Part shown: positions 21,761-31,129 of the stretch, piece after piece
Layout: each line of letters opens with the position of its first letter
How positions within the stretch are numbered: position 1 is the first letter of the stretch
Origin: Pseudomonadota bacterium
GTDB lineage: Bacteria; Pseudomonadota; Gammaproteobacteria; Burkholderiales; Burkholderiaceae_C
Length of the DNA stretch: 64,000 bases
Direction of reading: 5' to 3'
NCBI GenBank assembly: GCA_040384785.1
Contig: JAZKIR010000020.1
Coordinates: 3,152-67,151, forward strand
Translations under genes and position numbers: made by a program
The notes under the pieces: model-generated
What the model saw: only the letters and a program-made list of their open reading frames with translations
What the model was told of the DNA's origin: nothing
The model's database searches: none

Positions 21761-23776
21761 CTACAGTCGCACAATTTCCCAAGTGTTCGCACAAATCCCT
21801 GCTTCAATCTTCTGAAATCGTGATTCGTGGAGCGCAAAGCATAGCAAATGTGTCGGCCGCGAGAAGCCAACGTACATCATTTTGGCAGACTGACGTACGA
21901 GGTCATGCATCTCTCCGTTTAATTGTTTCCCGAGCAATTGAGATGCTAGCCTTTCCGATTCATAGCTACCGCCAGCGCCTTTCTCATAAAACGTCTCCAT
22001 GTAGAGGGTCGCGGTGTGCGTCTCACCCTTGACTCGATGAACCGTGGCCACCTCCACGCGAACACCATCATGCGTTAGGACGTTGCGTTCAACTGGCGCC
22101 GAAGCTGTTCCGGAAGCGGCCAAGGCGTCCTCTAAGTCCCCAAACACAAATCCCTTGCTTACCTCAACCTGGCAGCCGAACACCGCGCAGAATACTGGCA
22201 ACTGCGTGCGAATGTCCTCCAGAACCTCATCCTGTTCTCCCTTCGCAATCCCCATGCACCAGTTGTATAAGTTGATCTGAAAGGTCTGCCATTCGTTGGG
22301 ATGCTCGGACATCATGAACTCCCGCATGGTGTGTTTTACGAAGGGCAGGCCTGCTGAATCCTTTGCCTCTTCCAATCTTAGGATCCAGAGCAACGCTTTG
22401 ACGATGGAACTTTCGATCGGAGCAAACTGGCCGCAGCCCGTCACTGAATTTGCCAAAGCACCGGCTAGCACCGTATGCTCGGTGCGGCCTCGTTGAGCCC
22501 CTCTTTCGTATTGCGGGTAGTAGTCGGGCAGGCGCGTTTTGGTTGGCTCGGCCTTTGTCGCCCAGCCAATAGCCTTGCACCGGGTCTTGTCCGTCAGTGG
22601 CAAGACCTTCGCGTTCGCTAATTCGCGAACGATAGTTGCAAATCGGTGGATAACGGTCGGCAGAGTCGCATCTGAGTAGACGATAAAGCGCGGCTTGATC
22701 ATAATCAGTGAACCGTCGGGGTTTGTTCGGCGTCCGTCGATGTGAATGGGGCTGACGGCAAATGTGCTCACGACGCCGGCAAGCAACGGACCCAATCGGT
22801 AGCTTCCGTTTAGCTCCAACACCGTTTCACGATTCGCCCAGAACTCGCCGGATGTGGTCGTCTTACTCCCAAAGATTGACTGATTCCTGTCGCCTATGCG
22901 TTGGTATCCAACCCCGCTCGCACCCTCGTCAAAGAAGAGATTCTCCAGCAGCTCGTACTGATGACGCTCCATATCCTGCATTTCATCAACAAACACGTGA
23001 GAAAAACGCCGCTGGAGCAGCGGCTTAAGTGGCGCATATCTATAGAGTGCCACACGCGCCAGAAAGTACGCATCGTCATAGCAGAGAAAGCCGGACTTAA
23101 GTATGGATAGCTTGAAAGCATGAATCCACTCCCGCACACGTACTCTTTCGCTCTCGTTCCAGTCGTTGTAGTTTTGCGGCTTAGTATTACCTTGAGGCTT
23201 CCGGAACTCGATGGCTTTTCCACAGTAGCCGTCGGTCAGCGCATCTTTGCCATCCGCCCACGACCATCGAATCTTCTTGGCATGCGCCTTCAGGAAGCGT
23301 CTGGCGTTCTTGTTTTCTTGGTGGGTGAACCCTTTAACGCTCATCGGTGGATTCGTGAAACGCTGCTCATAAATGGCGTCGTCAATGTGTGCTGGCGCCT
23401 TGTGGTATCGATTTAGATAGTAGGGGATCGCGAGAAACTCGTCCACAAAGCGCTGTATTGTTCCTACAAAGTTTGGGTAGCGAAACAATTGGGTGCAATG
23501 CGGGCCGATACGGTCGCGTATTTCGTCGATGGCTGCATTGGTATGCGAGATGACCAAAATGCCGGCACCGTCCTGCCTTGGCAGCTTGCGATCCAAGATC
23601 AGCAGCTTGGCAAGCAGCGCAGTTGTCTTGCCGCTGCCGGGTACGGCGAGCAAGTCCAGTGTTTCCATGTTTTCTATGAACCGCCGTCGCTCCTCGTCAA
23701 AAGACTCCCCCTCGGGCAGTAGTATTCGCTCTGCATAGGCGATGTCGTCAGGCGCGAGGCTGAAGTCCACTGGCAT
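21761..23776 (-). CDS. gajB: UvrD-like helicase, Gabija GajB
   Basis: AVPGSGKTT, SHTNAA, DEMQD, GDRNQSIF, TVHRVKGE and YVGFSRP motifs; overlaps the end of gajA. Confidence 0.85.
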   Translation of the reverse strand: MPVDFSLAPDDIAYAERILLPEGESFDEERRRFIENMETLDLLAVPGSGKTTALLAKLLILDRKLPRQDGAGILVISHTNAAIDEIRDRIGPHCTQLFRYPNFVGTIQRFVDEFLAIPYYLNRYHKAPAHIDDAIYEQRFTNPPMSVKGFTHQENKNARRFLKAHAKKIRWSWADGKDALTDGYCGKAIEFRKPQGNTKPQNYNDWNESERVRVREWIHAFKLSILKSGFLCYDDAYFLARVALYRYAPLKPLLQRRFSHVFVDEMQDMERHQYELLENLFFDEGASGVGYQRIGDRNQSIFGSKTTTSGEFWANRETVLELNGSYRLGPLLAGVVSTFAVSPIHIDGRRTNPDGSLIMIKPRFIVYSDATLPTVIHRFATIVRELANAKVLPLTDKTRCKAIGWATKAEPTKTRLPDYYPQYERGAQRGRTEHTVLAGALANSVTGCGQFAPIESSIVKALLWILRLEEAKDSAGLPFVKHTMREFMMSEHPNEWQTFQINLYNWCMGIAKGEQDEVLEDIRTQLPVFCAVFGCQVEVSKGFVFGDLEDALAASGTASAPVERNVLTHDGVRVEVATVHRVKGETHTATLYMETFYEKGAGGSYESERLASQLLGKQLNGEMHDLVRQSAKMMYVGFSRPTHLLCFALHESRFQKIEAGICANTWEIVRL

Positions 23777-25508
23777 AACGGATAGCGTCGATTAGGTACT
23801 TGACATGCGGGTCGCTGCACAACCCGTTGCCGTCGATCTCGCCCTTGGCCATGGCCTGCGCGAGGCGGGCAGAAATTTCGGTCTTCGCGAGCACATGGCG
23901 CTGCAGTTTGTCGGACAAGGTCGCCTCAAAGTCTGTCCAATCTGATCTGCTGTGTACAGCCTTGGCAATCTCCGTGAATTTGGCACTAAAGGTCGTCGAC
24001 TTCCAGAGGCAGTACTCTAACGTCCACTGAGGTGAGATGAACGACTTCACACACTGACCATCGTACTTGGTCTCCTTGTTAGAGATGGCCGCCTTGAGTA
24101 GCGCTTTGTCGCCCGCAACTGGCCCGTCTTCCTTCAAAGGCAGAATATCGGCATCAGTGACGACAGCGATAGGCCTGGTGAAATGGGGGACATGCTTGCG
24201 TTTGAAAATGTTTGTGTAATGGATGAAAGCCAGACTACTTACATTGATGACTGCTACGCCAGCAGACGTCAAGTTGTAGCCAGCCAGCCGGGCGAGTTCG
24301 TGCAGCAACAGTTCCTCGGACCACCCCTCTACAAGAATCGCGCCCCGCGAAAAGAAAAGGTTTGCTTTCGTCACATCGAGGAACCGCTCGAGGAAAGCGT
24401 AGTCGTCGGTTCCGAGTTCTGTATGTCCTGCGCCCATTGGAAACGCATTGCCGCTGCCGCAAATGACCAGATTCTTGAGTTGGAGTTTGGAGCCAATGTT
24501 AGGGCTATGGGTGGTCAGAATAAGCTGGACCTCCTTTTGCTTCTGAAATGTCTCGATTGCCTGCATTTGAGCTTGCGGATGCAAGTGGGCTTCAAGCTCC
24601 TCGACTAATCCAAGTCGCAACCCTGTCCAGTTCTCTTTGTTAAGGTGCAGCAGTTCCGACGCCATGAACAGGCGGTTAAGCGTCCCAAGTCCAGGTCGTG
24701 TCTCGCCTTTAATCGAAAGTTCCAACTTTTCCAGGAGGCTTCTGAGCTGCGCGCGTTCGGTGACCGCGAGGCTTGTTTTGCTGCCCGGTTGGTACAGCGC
24801 GCCAATGTATGTGTCGATCTGGTCTTTCAACCCCTTGCCGAGTTGGTCACCGATCTGGACGCCAGCGTGATCGGTCCCATCGAAGTAACTTTCGATGGAC
24901 CCGTTGAATGCCGCCAGCAACTTCAACAGGACATGGTCAGTATTCTTGTTCTTAAATGCCTCATGTCCCACGAGAATCTGAGACAGACGAGAATTCTTGC
25001 GTGCAACGAGCTCCTCTTCGGCGTCGCGAAGTGGCTTCAGATAGGTAACTTTTAAATACTCCCTGGCTTCTGGACTAAGCGCCCGTCCGTGAGCATCCGC
25101 GCCCGCGCGAACTTCGTGAGGAAGTATCTTCCCATTTGAGGGATTCCTATAAACGTCGAGATTGAGAGTCAGTAGCGGGTTTACCTTGCCTTCCGAAGTT
25201 TCCCAAGCCAGGAACTCCGTGAAGTTCTTGCCTTCGTCAAGGCCGATGTCGGACAGAACCAATTCAATTCGCAACCGGTGCTGATCAGCATGAAAATCGT
25301 TCTCATCGATCCGGGCCCAATCGTAGCTATGAGTCTTCAGTACAAATCGAATCGCATCGATGATGGCAGATTTCCCCGAATCGTTCTCACCAATCAGCAC
25401 ATTCAATCCAGAATTGAATGTCAGTGCGAGATCGGGCTTTGTCAATGAGAATTCGGCGCTCCCGCCAAACTTCCTGAAGTTCCATAGTTTGAGCGTCGAT
25501 AGATGCAC
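23748..25508 (-). CDS. gajA: OLD-family ATP-dependent nuclease, Gabija GajA
   Basis: LWNFRKF, GENDSGKS, EELEAHLHP, TTHSP, and TOPRIM VEGWSE/TDAD motifs. Probable GTG start at 25508; the ORF extends to 25535. Confidence 0.88.
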   Translation of the reverse strand: MHLSTLKLWNFRKFGGSAEFSLTKPDLALTFNSGLNVLIGENDSGKSAIIDAIRFVLKTHSYDWARIDENDFHADQHRLRIELVLSDIGLDEGKNFTEFLAWETSEGKVNPLLTLNLDVYRNPSNGKILPHEVRAGADAHGRALSPEAREYLKVTYLKPLRDAEEELVARKNSRLSQILVGHEAFKNKNTDHVLLKLLAAFNGSIESYFDGTDHAGVQIGDQLGKGLKDQIDTYIGALYQPGSKTSLAVTERAQLRSLLEKLELSIKGETRPGLGTLNRLFMASELLHLNKENWTGLRLGLVEELEAHLHPQAQMQAIETFQKQKEVQLILTTHSPNIGSKLQLKNLVICGSGNAFPMGAGHTELGTDDYAFLERFLDVTKANLFFSRGAILVEGWSEELLLHELARLAGYNLTSAGVAVINVSSLAFIHYTNIFKRKHVPHFTRPIAVVTDADILPLKEDGPVAGDKALLKAAISNKETKYDGQCVKSFISPQWTLEYCLWKSTTFSAKFTEIAKAVHSRSDWTDFEATLSDKLQRHVLAKTEISARLAQAMAKGEIDGNGLCSDPHVKYLIDAIRYASGLQPRA

Positions 25509-25723
25509 GGGTGAGGTCCAATAAGGAGGATTCAAGAAGCAGAAGGATGTTAACTCTGCGTTGCTCTCCTGTGTCGCAAAAATTTCTCAAATCGCTTTTC
25601 GAAGTTGGCTATTGATAATCGAACATTGTCGTTAACCATCAAATGACTGCACCGGCGGCTACGGTCGTATGTGCATGACCGGTAGCCACTCCAACAATCG
25701 GTCAGAGTAGTTGGTCTGCATGG

Positions 25724-27916
25724 TTACTGCGGGGGGGTTAAGAATCCCATGTCAATCAGACTCTGTTCGCTTATGCCGTAGGCAACGAGTTTTGCCCAAG
25801 CCGCAGCAATGTCTTTCTCCGCTCCCATCTTGCCTGCGATCAACGCCATGGCCAACTCGACATGGTAGAGATTTGCGTCTTCATCAAGCGGTGGAGTCTG
25901 AATCGCCTTGACTAGATACTTTCCCATTTCCACTGACACTTCGTCCGAAGTGAGGGATCGAAGAATGGAGCAGGCAATCAGCTTTTCCGTGTAAGCGTCA
26001 CGAAACACGAAGCACGCGAGTCGTGTTGGCTTGGTCAGGGAGTAAGGATCCAAGACTGTTCCCTCGCCAGTTCTAAGCTGCTGCACAGCGCTCGCTGTGG
26101 CCACAAGTACCTGCAGTTGCGAAGACCCAGCCTTTCCTGCAACTGATCCTGCTCCCAATGGTGGGAAAGGAGCACCCCCAGGCAACCAGGTGAGATGCTC
26201 CATGGGATCAAGCTGCTCTCCATTTGACAACTGAGCCAGACGGGCGATGAGAGGGCTGTCCAGCTTCCCGCTCCCACTCGCCAGCCTTTCAAGCCATCTC
26301 TTTTCGTGACACCATGGGCAGTCAGTCGGGGTGTGCCAGTCTGGGAGGTGCACGCAATAGAGATGATGCAGTGTAGCTCCCCAGTCGTGGTTAGTCGTCA
26401 GCCCGCTTTTCACCTCCTCGAGTTGCTTTTTCGACTTGGTGGTTACTATTGGCGCGAAGAAGTGAACGTGATTGAATGTGTCCCATAAATGCGGGCGGGG
26501 TGTGCGCAAACGGACGTTGAGGTTACGCATCCGATCCCCGGAGACGATCTTGTCATCAAAGACCAATACTGTTGGCTTTCTGGCGAGGTTCTGCAGTTCG
26601 TCGAGCTGATCCTGAAAAACCACAGGCAGGTCGCGCCACTTTTTAATCGTCTCTCTGAGCAAATCGCTGGCCTTGTGATTGGCAATGACGACAAAGTCAG
26701 GTTGGGGATCCAATGACTGCAATTTCTGAATAACCTCGTCATGGAATTCCGGCGTCCTGAGCAGTACCGTTGCATCAATACCGAACGCGTGATGTCTGGG
26801 GTACGCCTCATTCGGATCATCGAAGTGCACCCTTAGCGCACCCGGAACTGCGCCGTACTTGTCCAGGAACGGCCGCTGCTCTTCGAAGAATTTCCTCTGG
26901 AGCTTGACCTCTTTGATCTCCGCGATACCGATAAGAAAGGAGTTTCCATGGACTCTTATCGGCGGCGGCTTTCCCTGCCCGCAGTGTTCACAAGAGGCTG
27001 CATCGGATGAGTGGAAATATCCCACGACCGAGAGTCGGGCTAAGGGCGTTAGATCATCAGGAAGATCGGTAGCTGCAAAGACCAAACAGATGTCCAATTC
27101 AATCTGGCTGGCCTCCGCCAACTCCGTGAGTACGTTGGCAAGCTTTCCTGTAGACGCAATTCCGATTACCGCTGTGATCGGTGGACCTTTGACTAAAATT
27201 CGCGAAGTTTCCGCTCTAAGCGTAGCTTCACTCGGATATCCTTTCAGACAGAGCACCTGATGCATTCCGCCATAGATATGGTTAACGTGTGTCCCGAGCA
27301 GTAGCATGCTGGGATGGTCCACCAGGAACCTGCGTTCCGGCAAGCTTTCGTCATGTGCCAGTTCCGCAACCAGAGACACAACTACCCAGTAAGCGGTTCG
27401 CTGTACTGCCTCTACACAGTCGAAAGCTTCGGAAAGGCGAATGAAGTGTGATGCGTGCGCTTTCGAGGGCAATTCGAAGTGCTGACCGGCGGGGGCGTGA
27501 ACAATGCAGCGAGGAAGTCCGTCCTCTATGGCGGCGTGCATAGCTTGCGCCACAAGCGCTTGAAGATCTTGCTCGCTCAAGGCGGAAAACGGTGCACCTT
27601 CCGCGACCTCATACTGAAATCGCAGTGGCTTGTAGGAGCCAGCGCGCAGGGTATTCACACCACGTCCGCAAAGCCATTCAGGGTCAGGTGCAAAAAAAAG
27701 GGCTCTTCCAGCCAGACGCTCCATTGCTTGGTGCCGAGCCACATCGATAGCTGTGTCTAGAGGCAGCCCCTGCGCCGATGCTTCCATCCACTGGGGACCT
27801 TTGAGGTAAATCAGAATGCTGTCGGCCTCCTGCACGCTCCTCTCGTCTAACCGAGTGAGTGCAGAACCAAGATCGCTGAGATCCGACAGCACCTCATGAC
27901 GCACAAAGGTTTTCAT
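25724..27916 (-). CDS. Uncharacterised 730-aa protein with two type I phosphoribosyltransferase-like domains and a possible STAS-like N-terminus
   Basis: HFELPSKAHASHFIRL (OPRT-like hood), degenerate VIGIASTG and intact VLVFDDKIVSG PRPP loops, CEHC and CPWC motifs. Confidence 0.6.
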   Translation of the reverse strand: MKTFVRHEVLSDLSDLGSALTRLDERSVQEADSILIYLKGPQWMEASAQGLPLDTAIDVARHQAMERLAGRALFFAPDPEWLCGRGVNTLRAGSYKPLRFQYEVAEGAPFSALSEQDLQALVAQAMHAAIEDGLPRCIVHAPAGQHFELPSKAHASHFIRLSEAFDCVEAVQRTAYWVVVSLVAELAHDESLPERRFLVDHPSMLLLGTHVNHIYGGMHQVLCLKGYPSEATLRAETSRILVKGPPITAVIGIASTGKLANVLTELAEASQIELDICLVFAATDLPDDLTPLARLSVVGYFHSSDAASCEHCGQGKPPPIRVHGNSFLIGIAEIKEVKLQRKFFEEQRPFLDKYGAVPGALRVHFDDPNEAYPRHHAFGIDATVLLRTPEFHDEVIQKLQSLDPQPDFVVIANHKASDLLRETIKKWRDLPVVFQDQLDELQNLARKPTVLVFDDKIVSGDRMRNLNVRLRTPRPHLWDTFNHVHFFAPIVTTKSKKQLEEVKSGLTTNHDWGATLHHLYCVHLPDWHTPTDCPWCHEKRWLERLASGSGKLDSPLIARLAQLSNGEQLDPMEHLTWLPGGAPFPPLGAGSVAGKAGSSQLQVLVATASAVQQLRTGEGTVLDPYSLTKPTRLACFVFRDAYTEKLIACSILRSLTSDEVSVEMGKYLVKAIQTPPLDEDANLYHVELAMALIAGKMGAEKDIAAAWAKLVAYGISEQSLIDMGFLTPPQ

Positions 27917-29061
27917 GCAACAGGGGAGAGGTTCTTTCGGTCGAACAAGTCAGGCTGGTCTAGACCGGGAGCATATTCTGGAACCCATATAGATATGGAA
28001 GTACCGCATCCCCGGGTTAAGTCGTCCTCCACGACGGCGTTCCTATCTAATTGCGGATAGGGAGACTCCCCAAACGAAAAATCCTGGACATAGTGAATAC
28101 CTGAAGAGTGAATTTCGATGCGAGCACGCATCTTGTGGGCAGCAGACAATGCATGCGAAAGTCCCAAGCCCCGTTTAATTGCCCCCTGCGGCTTTCGGGT
28201 CACTTCGCGAACAAAGGCACGTGCGAACCGGTCCCTCGCCGACTCATCAGGCGATGCCGCTGGCAAAGTCACCTGGATACCGTCTCCTTGGTCCGCTACC
28301 GTTAAGCATACTAGCCCAAGCCCCAACTTGCCCTCTGGCGATTCAGTCGTTCTGGAGATGTACTCCCGCAGTCCCTTCGATAGCTTGTCAAGCTTTGTAG
28401 TAGTACCGACGACTACCTTCTCAATCAGCAGCGCCCTGACGCCTTGACGAGCAACCTTGTTCTTTGACGATTGGCCATGTTCTTGGGAATTGACGAAGCA
28501 TTCAAACACAAACGAGTTCAAGGGTGACTCAGTAGACGAGTTCAGAAAGCTGCGAAAACCCATGGCCACTGTCATCGAGGTGAGCAGTTGACGAAAGTCA
28601 GACTCGTCTAGGGGGAAGTCTTTGTCCTCATTCTTGGCGTAGGCCTTGAGCTTAGTCGGCAGCTTGTGGCCTGGGTCTACGCAAACCAAGGCGCAGTTCT
28701 GCCCCTTGCCTAGAAGGCCTCCGCGTTGCAAGTAAAAGTGGGCCAGGTTCTCATCAAATGTTTTTGACGCGGCCTTGCTTTCCTGCCCAAACGACTTCTC
28801 CTTCGAATGGCGGATAAGGGAGATGCCAAACGGGCCGCCCAACAAGCAAGCTTCAAACTCTTCGGCGCTTACCGGTTCTGGGAACGCACACTGCATGACT
28901 AGCTCGCCCTTCTTGTGGGTGGCGAGTTTTGCGAGTGCAAGCCCTTGTGCACCAGGTTCAAAGCCAGAGGACCGAGTGAGCCTGAATCCATTGATGACAG
29001 ACATGTCCCAAGACCGGACATCGTCAATCGTGCAGTTTTCAACAATGGTTTGAATCTTCAT
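27913..29061 (-). CDS. GHKL (histidine-kinase-like) ATPase domain protein
   Basis: N-box ECFVNSQEHG, G1 VADQGDGI, G2 RGLGL and terminal GTSISIW; ATGA overlap with the PRTase gene. Start is ATG 29061, or 29214 for the longest ORF. Confidence 0.7.
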   Translation of the reverse strand: MKIQTIVENCTIDDVRSWDMSVINGFRLTRSSGFEPGAQGLALAKLATHKKGELVMQCAFPEPVSAEEFEACLLGGPFGISLIRHSKEKSFGQESKAASKTFDENLAHFYLQRGGLLGKGQNCALVCVDPGHKLPTKLKAYAKNEDKDFPLDESDFRQLLTSMTVAMGFRSFLNSSTESPLNSFVFECFVNSQEHGQSSKNKVARQGVRALLIEKVVVGTTTKLDKLSKGLREYISRTTESPEGKLGLGLVCLTVADQGDGIQVTLPAASPDESARDRFARAFVREVTRKPQGAIKRGLGLSHALSAAHKMRARIEIHSSGIHYVQDFSFGESPYPQLDRNAVVEDDLTRGCGTSISIWVPEYAPGLDQPDLFDRKNLSPVA

Positions 29062-29531
29062 ATGTATGTCCCTAGCAGACTTCACCAACGAAGCATTAGC
29101 GTCTTTCGGCCAAATATGCGTAACGAAGAAGTCGATGCTCTGACAGTCTGAGCAGTCAGCCTTTTCGGCAATAGATATCGTAGCAGCCTCTGAAATGAAG
29201 GGCTGCTTTCGCATTCAGGCTGTTGATCGTACCCGTTGATACAACACCCATGAATGATTGCTTTGTAGCAATGACCCTGGGGGCGCTAAATACTTCTTTA
29301 GGTGAAAGCCCGACAGCTATCGATAGCCCGATATTCCCGATAGCCAAGGTTCTGGGACTTGCGTGCCCTTCCATAAGATGTATTGAAACCCGGGCGCCAC
29401 CGGTGAGTTCCAACCTCCGAAGTTTTTCAACACAGCGCTCGATAGCTGCCGTTCGCGAAGGACTGGAACTGGCCTCGGTGCAGAGACCGTGATGATGGCT
29501 GATAGGTAGTTGGGCCAGCCAACCGACGCCG

Positions 29532-30176
29532 TCAGCCTTGGAGTTCTCGCCAAGCTTGAACATACAAGCGCCCCCTGGCCAGCACCTCACTGGCGGGTGT
29601 GCCCGGCGCATAAAGCTGGCTACCGATGCCAAAGCCGGTGGCCCCAGCAGCGGCCCACGGCGCCATGCTCTCTGGCGTGATGCCGCCTACGGGCCACAGG
29701 TCGGTGCCTGCGGGCAGCACGGATTTCAAAGCCTTCAGCCCGCCATGCCCGACCATTTCTGCGGGGAAAAGTTTGAGCGCATGGGCACCGGCTTCCAGGG
29801 CCGTAAAGGCCTCGGTCGGTGTGGCGACACCGGGTGCGCACAACATGCCCAGTTCCACGCTGCGGGCGATCACGCGCGCATCGCAGTTGGGGGAGACCAT
29901 CAAACGCCCACCGTGGGCATGGACCGCTTCCACATCGGCCACGGTCAACATGGTGCCGCCGCCTACCAGCGCATCGGTCGGCAGCCTGCGGGCCAGTATC
30001 TCTATGCACTGCAGCGCGCCTGGGCGGTTCAGCGGGACCTCCAAGGTACGGAAACCACTCTCCAGCATCGCCTCACCCACGGCCAGTGCGTTGGCAGGGT
30101 CCAGACCACGCAGGATGGCCACCAGCGGCATGTTGCGGGTTTGAGCCAGTCGTTGTTGTGGTGCAGTGTTCATCAT
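29532..30176 (-). CDS. dgoA: 2-dehydro-3-deoxy-6-phosphogalactonate aldolase
   Basis: PLVAILRG, EVPLN, VSPN, LKLFPAE and GFGIGSQLY motifs. Confidence 0.92.
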   Translation of the reverse strand: MMNTAPQQRLAQTRNMPLVAILRGLDPANALAVGEAMLESGFRTLEVPLNRPGALQCIEILARRLPTDALVGGGTMLTVADVEAVHAHGGRLMVSPNCDARVIARSVELGMLCAPGVATPTEAFTALEAGAHALKLFPAEMVGHGGLKALKSVLPAGTDLWPVGGITPESMAPWAAAGATGFGIGSQLYAPGTPASEVLARGRLYVQAWRELQG

Positions 30177-31099
30177 GGGTGTTGGGTCGCAGATTGAATA
30201 CGGGCCACGGCCGCCAGAAAGGCCGCCTTGGCGTCCAACACTTCGAAGCGCAGGTCGAGCAGTGCGGCGGCGACCTGGTAGTGTTGGGCCAGTTCGGGTG
30301 AGCCTATGAGTTTGAAGGTATTCATGCTGTGTGAGCCAGGTGGGGTTCGCCGAACATCATGGAGTTCACTGCCGATCAGCAGGCCACTCAAATACGCCTG
30401 GCTGCTGGCGGCGGGCATGTCGCCGCACACCACGCGGGCGCGGCAGGAGAAGAGTTGGTGGCTGAGTCCACCCTTGCCAGCGGCGTGCACACCGTCAGCG
30501 AATGCGCTCGCATCCCACACGGGCGCTGCCTTGCCCATGGCCGCCGCCAGCGTGCCATGCTGGCCCAGCAGATTGAACAGCTCGCCCGTCATGTAGGTGC
30601 GCAGTTGCAGGATGCGTCCGTGGTCCAGCTCAACCCATTTGCTGTGTGTGCCCGGCAACACAAACCAGCCGCTGTGGTGGCCCAGAGCCAGGGCGCCCAA
30701 CAACTGCGTTTCTTCGCCGCGCATCACGTCGGGTTGGCCCCACTGGTCGCGGATGTTATAGCCCGGCACGATGACACAACGTGGGGCAATGGGCGCGTCC
30801 GGCACCGTGAAGAGGTGTGCGGGTAGCGCATCCAAAACAACACGGTGGTCCACATAGGGCACCTCGTGCCAGCCCAAGGCACTGCCCACCATGCCGGACA
30901 TCACAACCAGATTAGGCGTTGCTTGCAACTGGTGCAGCACATCCTGCAGCGCAGAGCCGAATCGCCCCTTGCAGGCCATGGCGCCATCACCGTCGGCAAA
31001 TTCATGGACACATACACCATGCGCGTCCAGCGCATAAGCGCGCCGGTGGGTGGTGCCCCAGTCCACACCAACGGTTTTCACGATTTTGTCTTGACCCAT
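30173..31099 (-). CDS. dgoK: 2-dehydro-3-deoxygalactonokinase
   Basis: VDWGTT, DVMRGEETQ, LPGTHSKW and YMTGELF motifs. Confidence 0.92.
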   Translation of the reverse strand: MGQDKIVKTVGVDWGTTHRRAYALDAHGVCVHEFADGDGAMACKGRFGSALQDVLHQLQATPNLVVMSGMVGSALGWHEVPYVDHRVVLDALPAHLFTVPDAPIAPRCVIVPGYNIRDQWGQPDVMRGEETQLLGALALGHHSGWFVLPGTHSKWVELDHGRILQLRTYMTGELFNLLGQHGTLAAAMGKAAPVWDASAFADGVHAAGKGGLSHQLFSCRARVVCGDMPAASSQAYLSGLLIGSELHDVRRTPPGSHSMNTFKLIGSPELAQHYQVAAALLDLRFEVLDAKAAFLAAVARIQSATQHP

Positions 31100-31129
31100 G
31101 TTCTTACTTTTGCCCGGTGGTGTTCTTCG

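Noticed and set aside
21493-21870. ORF downstream of gajB as a third Gabija gene
   Set aside because: It overlaps gajB, has no RBS or motif, and crosses hairpin-rich intergenic DNA.
21470-29460. Related GC-rich motifs at island boundaries (about 21470, 25670, 29445) as cassette recombination sites
   Set aside because: They are too short and degenerate, and inconsistent in orientation, to support without a motif search.
29156-29632. ORF upstream of the GHKL gene as a third module component
   Set aside because: It overlaps dgoA and the GHKL ORF and has no recognisable motif. A shorter small gene here cannot be fully excluded.
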